A stretch of DNA of 37,875 bases from a virus (Duplodnaviria; Caudoviricetes). A model generated the notes under the pieces. The model did not search any database. It was not told the DNA's origin and saw only the letters and a program-made list of their open reading frames with translations. Each line of letters opens with the position of its first letter. The first letter of the stretch is position 1. Shown in pieces: positions 8,602 to 15,742 of the stretch. The DNA is taken from positions 1 through 37,875 of IMG/VR virus record IMGVR_UViG_3300049049_000264; one strand, written 5' to 3'. The position numbers and the translations under genes are program-made.

Positions 8602-8819
8602 GACAATGCGCTCCCGGTGGCCTTGGCGATGTCCAGCTTCTCCATCGCGCGCCGAGCGGCAGCGACTTGTGAGTTGGCGCCGATGTAGGCGCGAGCCGCG
8701 GCAGCGTCGGCGAGCAGGCCGGCCGCACCCTCACTCGCAAGTGCGCGCAGGCCATTCAGTTCGGCGAGCGTGAAGCTGATGACATACCGCCCGCGCTTCG
8801 GCGCATGCTGCGCGCTCAC
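8598..8819 (-). CDS. Hypothetical protein (73 aa)
   Basis: GTG start overlapping the upstream TGA; helical Ala-rich product. Confidence 0.6.
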   Translation of the reverse strand: MSAQHAPKRGRYVISFTLAELNGLRALASEGAAGLLADAAAARAYIGANSQVAAARRAMEKLDIAKATGSALS

Positions 8820-8998
8820 GACAGCATCTCCAGGGCACAGTTCGCGCCGCCAATCGCTTCGGCGAGGGCTCCGCGGAACTGGTCGCCGTAGCCGGCATCG
8901 CTGGCGGCGTCTGCTGCCTGCTTGAGCTCGTAGAGGGCCTTCCGCAGATGGGCGGCGCAGGCAATCTCGGCTTGCTCGGGCGTGTGCGGCGCGCTCAC
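8816..8998 (-). CDS. Hypothetical protein (60 aa)
   Basis: GTG start overlapping the upstream TGA; VSAPHTPEQAEIACAAHLRKALYEL... Confidence 0.6.
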   Translation of the reverse strand: MSAPHTPEQAEIACAAHLRKALYELKQAADAASDAGYGDQFRGALAEAIGGANCALEMLS

Positions 8999-9138
8999 GA
9001 TGCTTGCTCCAACACCAGCTCGTCGCCCGCGAGGAATTGGGCCACGGCCTGCTGTGCCTGTTCTTCGTCTTCGAATACCTCGACGTCGCAGGCTTCGAGA
9101 AACAGCTCGGTGTCGAGCAGCAGCAGCGGCGCATTCAT
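8995..9138 (-). CDS. Small highly acidic protein (47 aa), not in ORF track
   Basis: MNAPLLLLDTELFLEACDVEVFEDEEQAQQAVAQFLAGDELVLEQAS; GAGGTG RBS; ATGA/GTGA coupling. Confidence 0.7.
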   Translation of the reverse strand: MNAPLLLLDTELFLEACDVEVFEDEEQAQQAVAQFLAGDELVLEQAS

Positions 9139-9338
9139 ACGGCACCTCGGACATGCTCGAGTTGCCAGTCGCCGCGCGGACCCTCGCCGCGCACGATGCC
9201 CGTGCCGCGGCTGTAGACCACGCTGTAGCCGATGCGCCGCTCTTGCAGCGTGCGCGTGGCGCGCAGCATGCCCGCCGCAGCCTTGCGCGAGATGGCGCGC
9301 GACCCGGCGGGCGTGCAGAGGCGAAGGGCGGGCTTCAC
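9135..9338 (-). CDS. Small basic hypothetical protein (67 aa)
   Basis: GTG start overlapping the upstream TGA; GAGG RBS. Confidence 0.6.
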   Translation of the reverse strand: MKPALRLCTPAGSRAISRKAAAGMLRATRTLQERRIGYSVVYSRGTGIVRGEGPRGDWQLEHVRGAV

Positions 9339-9736
9339 GCTGGAACCTCTTCCGTCTCGGCGGCCGTGTTGCGCTCGGGCTGCGTGGCGATGGTGACGTG
9401 CGCTGGCAGCACCGGGTCGAGGTGCTCGCGCTTGCACTTCCCCTTGCGACGCCACTCGTGCGCCAGGTGCTCGAAGCGCATGCCGAAGTCGTGGCGACCC
9501 GTGAGGCGATTGAGCCACTGGTGCACTTCCATCTGGCATTGCGCTGCGTCAGACCGCATCACCTCGATGGCAGCGGCCAAGTTCTGGCTGTCCAGCACTC
9601 GCAGGTCCGTCAGATCGAACGGAAAGCGCTCGCCGTTGTACAGACCGAGCAGCACGCCGGCAGCCGCACGGGCGCCGGATGTTCCCTGGTGAACCTGCGT
9701 GAGGTTCCAGAGCTTGATGAGGGCCGCGGTGTCCAT
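9335..9736 (-). CDS. Conserved hypothetical mobile-element protein
   Basis: TSGARAAAGVLLGLYNGERFPFDLTDLRVLD motif recurrent in phage/plasmid proteins; GAGG RBS. Confidence 0.8.
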   Translation of the reverse strand: MDTAALIKLWNLTQVHQGTSGARAAAGVLLGLYNGERFPFDLTDLRVLDSQNLAAAIEVMRSDAAQCQMEVHQWLNRLTGRHDFGMRFEHLAHEWRRKGKCKREHLDPVLPAHVTIATQPERNTAAETEEVPA

Positions 9737-9746
9737 GCCAGGGCCC

Positions 9747-9956
9747 TCAGGCGGCGTGTTCGATGCGCTCGACGTCGGACACCGGGCAGCCGGTGACGTG
9801 GTGCGCGCTGACGAAGGCGGCTTCGGCGTTCGCGGCCTTCAGCTGCACGAAGGGCTGCGCGCCGGTGTCCGAGGGGGCCAGGTGCCCGAGGGCGTCCTTG
9901 GGGGTGAAGAAGCAGCGGTAGCTGCGGTGACCTGCAGAAGTTTTCGCCATGTCCAT
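9747..9956 (-). CDS. Hypothetical protein, first gene of the leftward early operon
   Basis: YRCFFTPKD..G...PFVQLKA.NAE.A...A..VTG; GGAG RBS; start is 9956 or 9950. Confidence 0.7.
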   Translation of the reverse strand: MDMAKTSAGHRSYRCFFTPKDALGHLAPSDTGAQPFVQLKAANAEAAFVSAHHVTGCPVSDVERIEHAA

Positions 9957-9976
9957 CTCCGTGTTGGGATGGGGCG

Positions 9977-10042
9977 AAGTCTAGATTGGCTAGACTTTAA
10001 GAGTCAAGCAAAACTTTCCTTGTTTTCTAAAAAAACTAGAAA
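9977..10042 (-). promoter_or_regulatory. PL promoter and OL operators
   Basis: Minus-strand TTGACT(10007-10002)-18 nt-TAGACT(9983-9978); perfect palindrome AAGTCTAG-N5-CTAGACTT at 9977-9997; degenerate copies at 10002-10020 and 10024-10042; AT-rich island. Confidence 0.8.
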
Positions 10043-10049
10043 TTGGCTC

Positions 10050-10619
10050 TCAGCGGCACTCGCGCATGTTCTGGACGATGGCCAGCTTCTCTTTCCGCTG
10101 CGCTTCGTTCAGCGCGATGCTGTTGGCGGAAACCTCGGCATTGCGAATGTCGTGTGCACTTGGGCACGAGCGCGCGCTGTGGATGACCTGCGGCCTAATG
10201 GCTTCTGTGAATTGGCTCGATCGCACGATGCCGTTCTCGGTGTACACGTAGAACGTGCCGTTTGATCTTTCGTAGATGCGCTGCTCCTGAAAGCCGGAGG
10301 CATAGTCGCTTGCATTCACACGCGAGGGGCTGCCCAGTGCCGACTGCAGCTGCTGGGCATTCATTCCACGCACTGGGTAGCTGCCAACGATTCCTGCATT
10401 GATCGCAGCCTGCAGTCCTGGTGGTAGGCCTTCGGCCTGGCCAGGCGGCTCTGCCCTTGCGGCCTCGCGCATTTGCGTTTGCGCAGCGGTGCCGTCGCAC
10501 GGTCGCTCCTGATAGGCGGTCTTCCCGTCCACCACGCATTTAAACAGCGCCCATGATGGGGCGGCGGCCGTCAAGCCCGCCGTCATCACGACCGCGCCCA
10601 TGTAGTACGTGCCTCGCAT
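10050..10619 (-). CDS. Exported DUF4124-domain protein (immunity-region moron)
   Basis: Signal peptide (..AAAPSWA), then FKCVVDGKTAYQERPC (DUF4124 pattern), then GM...Q....LGSP..VN (BamE/SmpA-like); lower GC. Confidence 0.75.
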   Translation of the reverse strand: MRGTYYMGAVVMTAGLTAAAPSWALFKCVVDGKTAYQERPCDGTAAQTQMREAARAEPPGQAEGLPPGLQAAINAGIVGSYPVRGMNAQQLQSALGSPSRVNASDYASGFQEQRIYERSNGTFYVYTENGIVRSSQFTEAIRPQVIHSARSCPSAHDIRNAEVSANSIALNEAQRKEKLAIVQNMRECR

Positions 10620-10679
10620 CGCTCACCTCCTTCTCAAGCCATCGTATCTGCAATGGCGGGGGTGGAGGTGCTTTGGCGA

Positions 10680-11330
10680 TCAGTCGTGCCGGTATTTGCT
10701 GGGGGAAACGACCGCGCCGACGGCTTGCATTCCGTCCAGGTCGGCGTTGTCAAAGGAGAGCCTCTCGCCTCCGTTGACGCTCATGACCTCGATGCCCTCA
10801 GTGCGCCGGAACAACAACTCTTTGACCATCTTCCGGCCGTCCTTGAGCTTGAGTAGCACGTACTCGCCCTCGCGGGGAGTGCCGTTCGGTTCGACCAAGA
10901 CATACCAGCCGTCACGGATCGCGGGAAACATGCTCTGGCCCTTGACCCGCAAGCCATATGCATTGGGGTCATCGGTCGCGATCTCGATGTGGCCATCTCC
11001 AGCGCCGGTGATGCTGCTGATTTCCTCGTAGAACCCGTCGTCGCCCATCCGCGCGGTTCCCACCACTGGAACGCGCCTGGAGGGGCGTGCATAGCCCGCG
11101 AATTCAGGCTCATCGCTTGCAAGCGCGTTCGCCAGGTTTGGGGCCAGCTGTGGAGGAACCGGATACCCGGTGACTTCCGCGATGCGGATGACTTGGGCAA
11201 AGCTGGGCTTCGACTTTCCGGTTTCCCAAAAGCCTGCGGTGGCTTTGCTCCGACCGAGGGCTTCGCCCATCGCTTCGAGAGTCCAGCCTTTGTGCTTACG
11301 GGCAGCGCGCACCCACTTCTCTAGTTCCAT
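10680..11330 (-). CDS. cI: CI-like repressor (XRE HTH + S24 peptidase)
   Basis: HTH VRAARKHKGWTLEAMGEALGRSKATAGFWETG; S24 Ser (GQSMFP) and Lys (VKEL); divergent from cro. Confidence 0.93.
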   Translation of the reverse strand: MELEKWVRAARKHKGWTLEAMGEALGRSKATAGFWETGKSKPSFAQVIRIAEVTGYPVPPQLAPNLANALASDEPEFAGYARPSRRVPVVGTARMGDDGFYEEISSITGAGDGHIEIATDDPNAYGLRVKGQSMFPAIRDGWYVLVEPNGTPREGEYVLLKLKDGRKMVKELLFRRTEGIEVMSVNGGERLSFDNADLDGMQAVGAVVSPSKYRHD

Positions 11331-11336
11331 TGGCCG

Positions 11337-11404
11337 ATGGTAAAGAACTACTTGACCACTCGCGGCAACTATTTCTTGATTCAATAGTCTAGAATGGCTA
11401 GACT
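11337..11404. promoter_or_regulatory. PR/PRM promoters and OR operators
   Basis: Plus-strand TTGATT(11376)-17 nt-TAGACT(11399); palindrome AGTCTAG-N5-CTAGACT at 11386-11404 matching OL; minus-strand -10 TACCAT 6 nt before the cI ATG. Confidence 0.8.
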
Positions 11405-11433
11405 TCGCGTTGCTTTTCTCAGGAATGCTGAAC

Positions 11434-11676
11434 ATGGAACATCCAATTGAACGCGCGGCGCGGGTCGTGGGCTCTCAAACCGCGCTTGCTGCTGCGCTGA
11501 AGGTCACGAAGGCTGCCGTCGGCCAATGGAAGGATGCCGGTCGGCGTGTCCCCGCGGAACATTGTCCGGACATCGAGCGATTGACCGGCGGACAGGTGAG
11601 GTGCGAAGACCTGCGCCCGGATGTCGCATGGGAGGTCTTGCGTCAGCAGGCAACAGGCGAGGGCGCGCATGCGTGA
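11434..11676 (+). CDS. cro: Cro-like (YdaS family) transcriptional regulator
   Basis: GSQTALAAALKVTKAAVGQW..VPAEHCPDIERLTGGQV.CEDLRPDV; divergent from cI. Confidence 0.9.
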   Translation: MEHPIERAARVVGSQTALAAALKVTKAAVGQWKDAGRRVPAEHCPDIERLTGGQVRCEDLRPDVAWEVLRQQATGEGAHA

Positions 11677-11777
11677 GAGGGAGCGAGTGTTCCCCGACAT
11701 GTCCGCCTTGGGCGACCTGAGAACAGTTCCCGGAGTGCACGTGTGACCGGGTCTTCTGGCTTCCCCTTTTCCCCGAA

Positions 11778-12035
11778 TCACGAGGGCCATGTGCCCGACG
11801 GCCGAAGCACGTCGACCGGCGACTCCAGCACCCGCCCGCACAACTGCGCCAGTGCCTGCTCGCTGCGCACCGACCCGACCCCGCTGGCACGCGAGCTGGC
11901 CTGGCACACGGTGAACCAAGCACCAATGCTGTCGCGCGAAAGCTCGGGCTCGACCTCGAGCAGCAGCACGAGCTGCTGCAGGAATTGTTCGATCGCATCG
12001 ATTCGTTCGTGCGTGGTGGGTTGCGTTGCTTCCAT
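11778..12035 (-). CDS. Hypothetical protein antisense to the PR operon (85 aa)
   Basis: MEATQPTTHERIDAIEQFLQQLVLLLEVEPELSR..; amphipathic and protein-like; AAAGGG upstream. Confidence 0.55.
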   Translation of the reverse strand: MEATQPTTHERIDAIEQFLQQLVLLLEVEPELSRDSIGAWFTVCQASSRASGVGSVRSEQALAQLCGRVLESPVDVLRPSGTWPS

Positions 12036-12067
12036 GCGGCGGGCCCTTTCTTTCTCTTGAGGTTTGC

Positions 12068-12604
12068 ATGAAAGCAACTTTCTCAATTCCTGATCATGTT
12101 GCCTATGGTGGCGACGACCCCGTGCCCAACAGGGTGCACGGCCAGGACGTGGCCGATGCGGCCTACAACACGGCGCACGGATACCCAGGCGGCATCGCAG
12201 CCATGGCCCTGCGCATGGGGGTCAATGCCAACACCCTGACCAACAAGGTCAACCCTCAGAACACCACGCACCACCTCAGCCTGCGCGAGGCGGTGACGAT
12301 GCAGGACATGAGCGGCAACTACGCCATCCTGCATGCGATGGCCGAGTCGCTGGGCCACACCTGCACACGGGCCACGCCCGACCAGTCCTTCGGTGATCCC
12401 ATCGAGACCTTCATGCGCATGCAGGTGGCACTCGCAGACTTCAGCCGCGCGATCGCTGATGCAGTGCGTGACGGCGAGGGCGCGGTCACGAGCAATCAGG
12501 TGCGTCGCGCCGACCACCATGCGCAGGAAGCCATCGCAACCATCGGCCACACCCTTGCCATGCTGCGCTCCCACATGCGCACGGCACCGGAGTCGCAGGC
12601 ATGA
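12068..12604 (+). CDS. Phage regulatory CII-family protein
   Basis: YPGGIAAMALRMGVNANTLTNKVNP...HHLSLREA..ILHAMAESLG (phage 186/CP76 CII-like); GAGG RBS. Confidence 0.85.
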   Translation: MKATFSIPDHVAYGGDDPVPNRVHGQDVADAAYNTAHGYPGGIAAMALRMGVNANTLTNKVNPQNTTHHLSLREAVTMQDMSGNYAILHAMAESLGHTCTRATPDQSFGDPIETFMRMQVALADFSRAIADAVRDGEGAVTSNQVRRADHHAQEAIATIGHTLAMLRSHMRTAPESQA

Positions 12605-12783
12605 GCAGCCCCACCCCCCCGAGCGAGCAGATGGCGCGCGCGTTTCGACGCGTGCTGTCAGTAACGCGGCAGCACTATTTTGGTGCGATGCCTCGACCGG
12701 ATCGTGGGTCCTCCCTGGCCTCGTGCGATGAGGGTAATTCGAACCCCTTGCGGTGTGTAGTCAGCGGGGTGCGAACTTACTGA
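12601..12783 (+). CDS. Small ORF bridging cII and primase (60 aa)
   Basis: ATGA and TGATG overlaps at its ends; overlies the cos-like element. Confidence 0.45.
   Translation: MSSPTPPSEQMARAFRRVLSVTRQHYFGAMPRPDRGSSLASCDEGNSNPLRCVVSGVRTY
12706..12780 (+). other. Candidate cos/packaging element (cosQ-like GGGTCCT followed by a dyad)
   Basis: GGGTCCT at 12706-12712, then 17 nt, then GAGGGTAATTCGAACCCC; imperfect inverted repeat 12734-12780. Confidence 0.45.
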
Positions 12784-15206
12784 TGGCCTCGAATTACGAC
12801 GACGTGCTGGGCCAGCTGCAGGCCGCGGGCCTGATCGTGGACAGCCTGGACATCGGCCGGCTGCGCCGCTGCCGCGTGGTCGATGACCGCGAGCGCCGCG
12901 GCTGGTACCTGCTGCACGAGATCCGCATGGACAACGGCGAGGACCTCATCGTTGGGAGCTACGGTGTGTGGCGCGGCGCGGACAACAACGCGACGAAGGT
13001 GGAGCTGCGCAAGACCGAACTGAGCGCCGAGCAGCGCGACAGCCTGCGCAAGCGGCTCGCCGACGACAAGCGCCGCGCAGAGCAGGCGCGCCAGGCCGAT
13101 GCCGATCGCGCGGCGGCCCGAGCTACCTCTGCCTGGCGCAAGTGCTCCGAGCAAGGCGACAGCGGCTACCTCCAGCGCAAGGGGGTGGGGGCACATGGCG
13201 TGCGCTTCAGCCCGCAGGGCGCGATGGTGGTGCCGATGCTGGACACGGCCGGACGGGTGCATGGCCTGCAGATCATCCGGGACCGCAAGCAGCAGGGCGT
13301 GCGCCTCGAGAAGGAATTCTGGCCTGCGGGACTCGTGAAGAAGGGGCACTTTCACCTGCTCGGCATGGGCGGGCCGATCATGCTCGTGGCCGAGGGCTAC
13401 GCGACGGCCGCCAGCCTGCACGAAGCCACGGGCCTGCCGGTCGCCGTCGCCTTCGATGCCGGCAACCTGCAGCCGGTCGCGGCCGAGCTGCGCAAGCGCT
13501 ACAAGCTGGCGAAGTTGCTCATCTGCGCCGACGACGACAACACGCAGAAGTGCCAGCAGCCCGAGTGCAAGCGGCGCGTGTGGGTTGCCGACGGCCCGAT
13601 CTGCCCGCACTGCGGCCAGCCGCACAAGGCCACGAACGCCGGCGTGTCCGCGGCCAGCCTGACCGCCATGGCCGTCGGCGGCGGGTGGATGGTGCCGGGC
13701 TGGGCCGACCCTGAATCACGCCGCACCGACTGGCTGGAGAAGGGCGAGAAGCTCAACGATTTCAACGACCTGCACCTGGCCGAGGGCCTGCACGCCGTGC
13801 GTGCGCAGGTGGAGTCCCGCATCTCGGGACTCGGCTGGCGCGCGCAGGGCGCGCCGCGTGCCCCACACGGCAAGGGGAGCGGGGCCGACGGGAGGCCTGC
13901 GGCCGCGCCGCTGCGCCCCATCGATTCGCTCGACGAGCTGCTCGAGCGGTTTGCGCTGGTCTATGGCCAGGGTGGCGTCACCTTCGACCACCAGGAGCAC
14001 ATGCTCGTGGCGCTCAGCGACATGCGCGATGCGTGCCTGAGCCGGGAGACGCATCGCGCGTGGGCCGAGCATCCCGAAAAACAGATCGTGCGCGTCACCG
14101 AGGTCGGCTTCGATCCCGCCTGCACCGACACCAGCATCCACTGCAATCTCTGGGCGGGCTGGCCCACGGAGGCGAAGGCCGGGAAGTGCGAGTACCTGCT
14201 CGACCTGCTGCGCCACATGTGCGCCGGCGACAGCCGCCCGGATGCGCTGTACGAATGGGTGCTGCGCTGGATCGCGTACCCGATCCAGCACCCGGGCGCG
14301 AAGATGAAAACGACGCTCGTGCTGCACGGGCCGCAGGGCACCGGCAAGAACATGTTCTTCGAGGCGCTGATGGCGATCTACGGGCGCTACGGCCGCGTCA
14401 TCGACCAGAGTGCGATCGAAGACAAGTTCAACGACTGGGCCAGTCGCAAGCTGTTCCTCATCGCTGACGAAGTGGTGGCGCGGTCCGACCTCTATCACGT
14501 CAAGAACAAGCTCAAGGCCTTCATCACCGGGGACTGGATCCGCATCAACCCGAAGAATTTCTCGGCCTACGACGAACGCAACCACGTCAACTTGGTGTTC
14601 CTAAGCAACGAGACGATGCCGGTGGTGCTCGAGCAGGACGACCGGCGTCATGCCGTCATCTGGACCCCCGAGAAGCTGAGCCGCGAGTTTTACCGTGACC
14701 TGCTTGTGGAGCTGGAGAACGGCGGCGCCGCGGCACTGCATGACTACCTGCTGCACGTCAACCTGGGCGACTTCACCGAAGGCACGCTGCCACCGATGAC
14801 CGAGGCCAAGCGCGAGCTGATCGACCTCAGCATGGACAGCCCGAGCCGCTTCTTCAAGGCCTTCGAGTCGGGCGAGATCGACGGCTTTCCCGCGAAGAAC
14901 GCGCCGAAGCTGCTGAGTCCGATGCTGCCCCTCGACCTCTATGCCCTGTACGGGGCCTGGTGTCATCGCGTGGGCCTCAAGGCTCTGCACCAACCACGGT
15001 TCGCGAGCGAGCTGATGCGCAAGCACGGCGCCAAGACCTTGTCGAAGCGCTACGACCTCGGCGTGGGCGTGAAGGGCCCGTCCGGGGTCACGTTCCTGCC
15101 CGGTGGCGCCGAGTGCCCGGTCGGAGAGCACGAGCCGACATGGATCGGCGACAGGGCGCGCGCTTTCAAGGACTCGCTCAAGGCATTCCGAGAAGGGGGG
15201 CATTGA
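12783..15206 (+). CDS. Primase-helicase: TOPRIM (TraC-like) plus SF3/DUF5906 helicase
   Basis: AEGYATAASL..AVAFDAGNL..ICADDD, DFNDL; Walker A GPQGTGKN; Walker B LIADE; FLSNE. Confidence 0.93.
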   Translation: MASNYDDVLGQLQAAGLIVDSLDIGRLRRCRVVDDRERRGWYLLHEIRMDNGEDLIVGSYGVWRGADNNATKVELRKTELSAEQRDSLRKRLADDKRRAEQARQADADRAAARATSAWRKCSEQGDSGYLQRKGVGAHGVRFSPQGAMVVPMLDTAGRVHGLQIIRDRKQQGVRLEKEFWPAGLVKKGHFHLLGMGGPIMLVAEGYATAASLHEATGLPVAVAFDAGNLQPVAAELRKRYKLAKLLICADDDNTQKCQQPECKRRVWVADGPICPHCGQPHKATNAGVSAASLTAMAVGGGWMVPGWADPESRRTDWLEKGEKLNDFNDLHLAEGLHAVRAQVESRISGLGWRAQGAPRAPHGKGSGADGRPAAAPLRPIDSLDELLERFALVYGQGGVTFDHQEHMLVALSDMRDACLSRETHRAWAEHPEKQIVRVTEVGFDPACTDTSIHCNLWAGWPTEAKAGKCEYLLDLLRHMCAGDSRPDALYEWVLRWIAYPIQHPGAKMKTTLVLHGPQGTGKNMFFEALMAIYGRYGRVIDQSAIEDKFNDWASRKLFLIADEVVARSDLYHVKNKLKAFITGDWIRINPKNFSAYDERNHVNLVFLSNETMPVVLEQDDRRHAVIWTPEKLSREFYRDLLVELENGGAAALHDYLLHVNLGDFTEGTLPPMTEAKRELIDLSMDSPSRFFKAFESGEIDGFPAKNAPKLLSPMLPLDLYALYGAWCHRVGLKALHQPRFASELMRKHGAKTLSKRYDLGVGVKGPSGVTFLPGGAECPVGEHEPTWIGDRARAFKDSLKAFREGGH

Positions 15207-15232
15207 TGTCGCAGGGGTCGTTCGTCCAATTC

Positions 15233-15481
15233 GGTGAGGCATGTGAGCCACCTGTGAGCCATGGTGTGAGGCAAGAAAACTCAATGAAATCAACGCTTGT
15301 GAGGTATGTGAGGCATCCGGGCCTTACCCGCCCATGTGTGCGCATGCATGGGTGCGTGCGCACACCCGCATGCATGTGCACCCGCCTGCATGCCTCACAT
15401 ACCTCACATACCCCACACGCCAATGCCGACAGGCACTTACGTGCGCACCCATGCCCCACACCACCCCTCACACGCCTCACA
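15233..15481. repeat. Converging iteron arrays, probable replication origin
   Basis: Six TGTGAGGCA-like 9-mers (15233-15315) face six inverted copies (15391-15481); perfect 19-bp inverted repeat 15298-15316/15390-15408. Confidence 0.75.
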
Positions 15482-15493
15482 AAAAAGGATGAG

Positions 15494-15742
15494 ATGGACG
15501 GAGAAGTGATTTCGAAGGTGATCCGCTGCACGGAAGCGAATGCGGCGGAGTTCGCGGCTCTGGTCAATGGCTGGCCGGAGTTGAAGGCGTTGGTGCGCAG
15601 CCTGCGCGCTGACGACCTGTTCCCCGGCCTGCGCGGGCTGCAGGTGACGCTCACTGGCGCGCCGGAATGGGTCGCCCAGGGGTTGGCCGCGGTCGGGCCC
15701 GAAAACGGCGCTGTAGCGGCGGGAGGCTCGTATGCGGCTTGA
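15494..15742 (+). CDS. Hypothetical protein (82 aa; frame open back to a coupled ATG at 15206)
   Basis: AAGGA RBS; MDGEVISKVIRCTEANAAEF..; typical codon usage. Confidence 0.7.
   Translation: MDGEVISKVIRCTEANAAEFAALVNGWPELKALVRSLRADDLFPGLRGLQVTLTGAPEWVAQGLAAVGPENGAVAAGGSYAA

Noticed and set aside
11331-11435. N-terminal extensions of cI (to 11435) and cro (from 11410) given by the ORF track
   Set aside because: They run through the promoter/operator region; domain boundaries and RBS/-10 positions favour starts at 11330 and 11434
11685-11776. GTGTTCCCCG resembling the start of a type I-E CRISPR repeat, with loose TTCCC echoes downstream
   Set aside because: No complementary CGGGG arm, no conserved repeat length or regular spacing; neither an array nor a convincing solitary repeat
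12730-12780. TTCGAACCCC resembling a tRNA T-arm or att core
   Set aside because: No cloverleaf or acceptor stem can be built; better explained as a cos-like dyad
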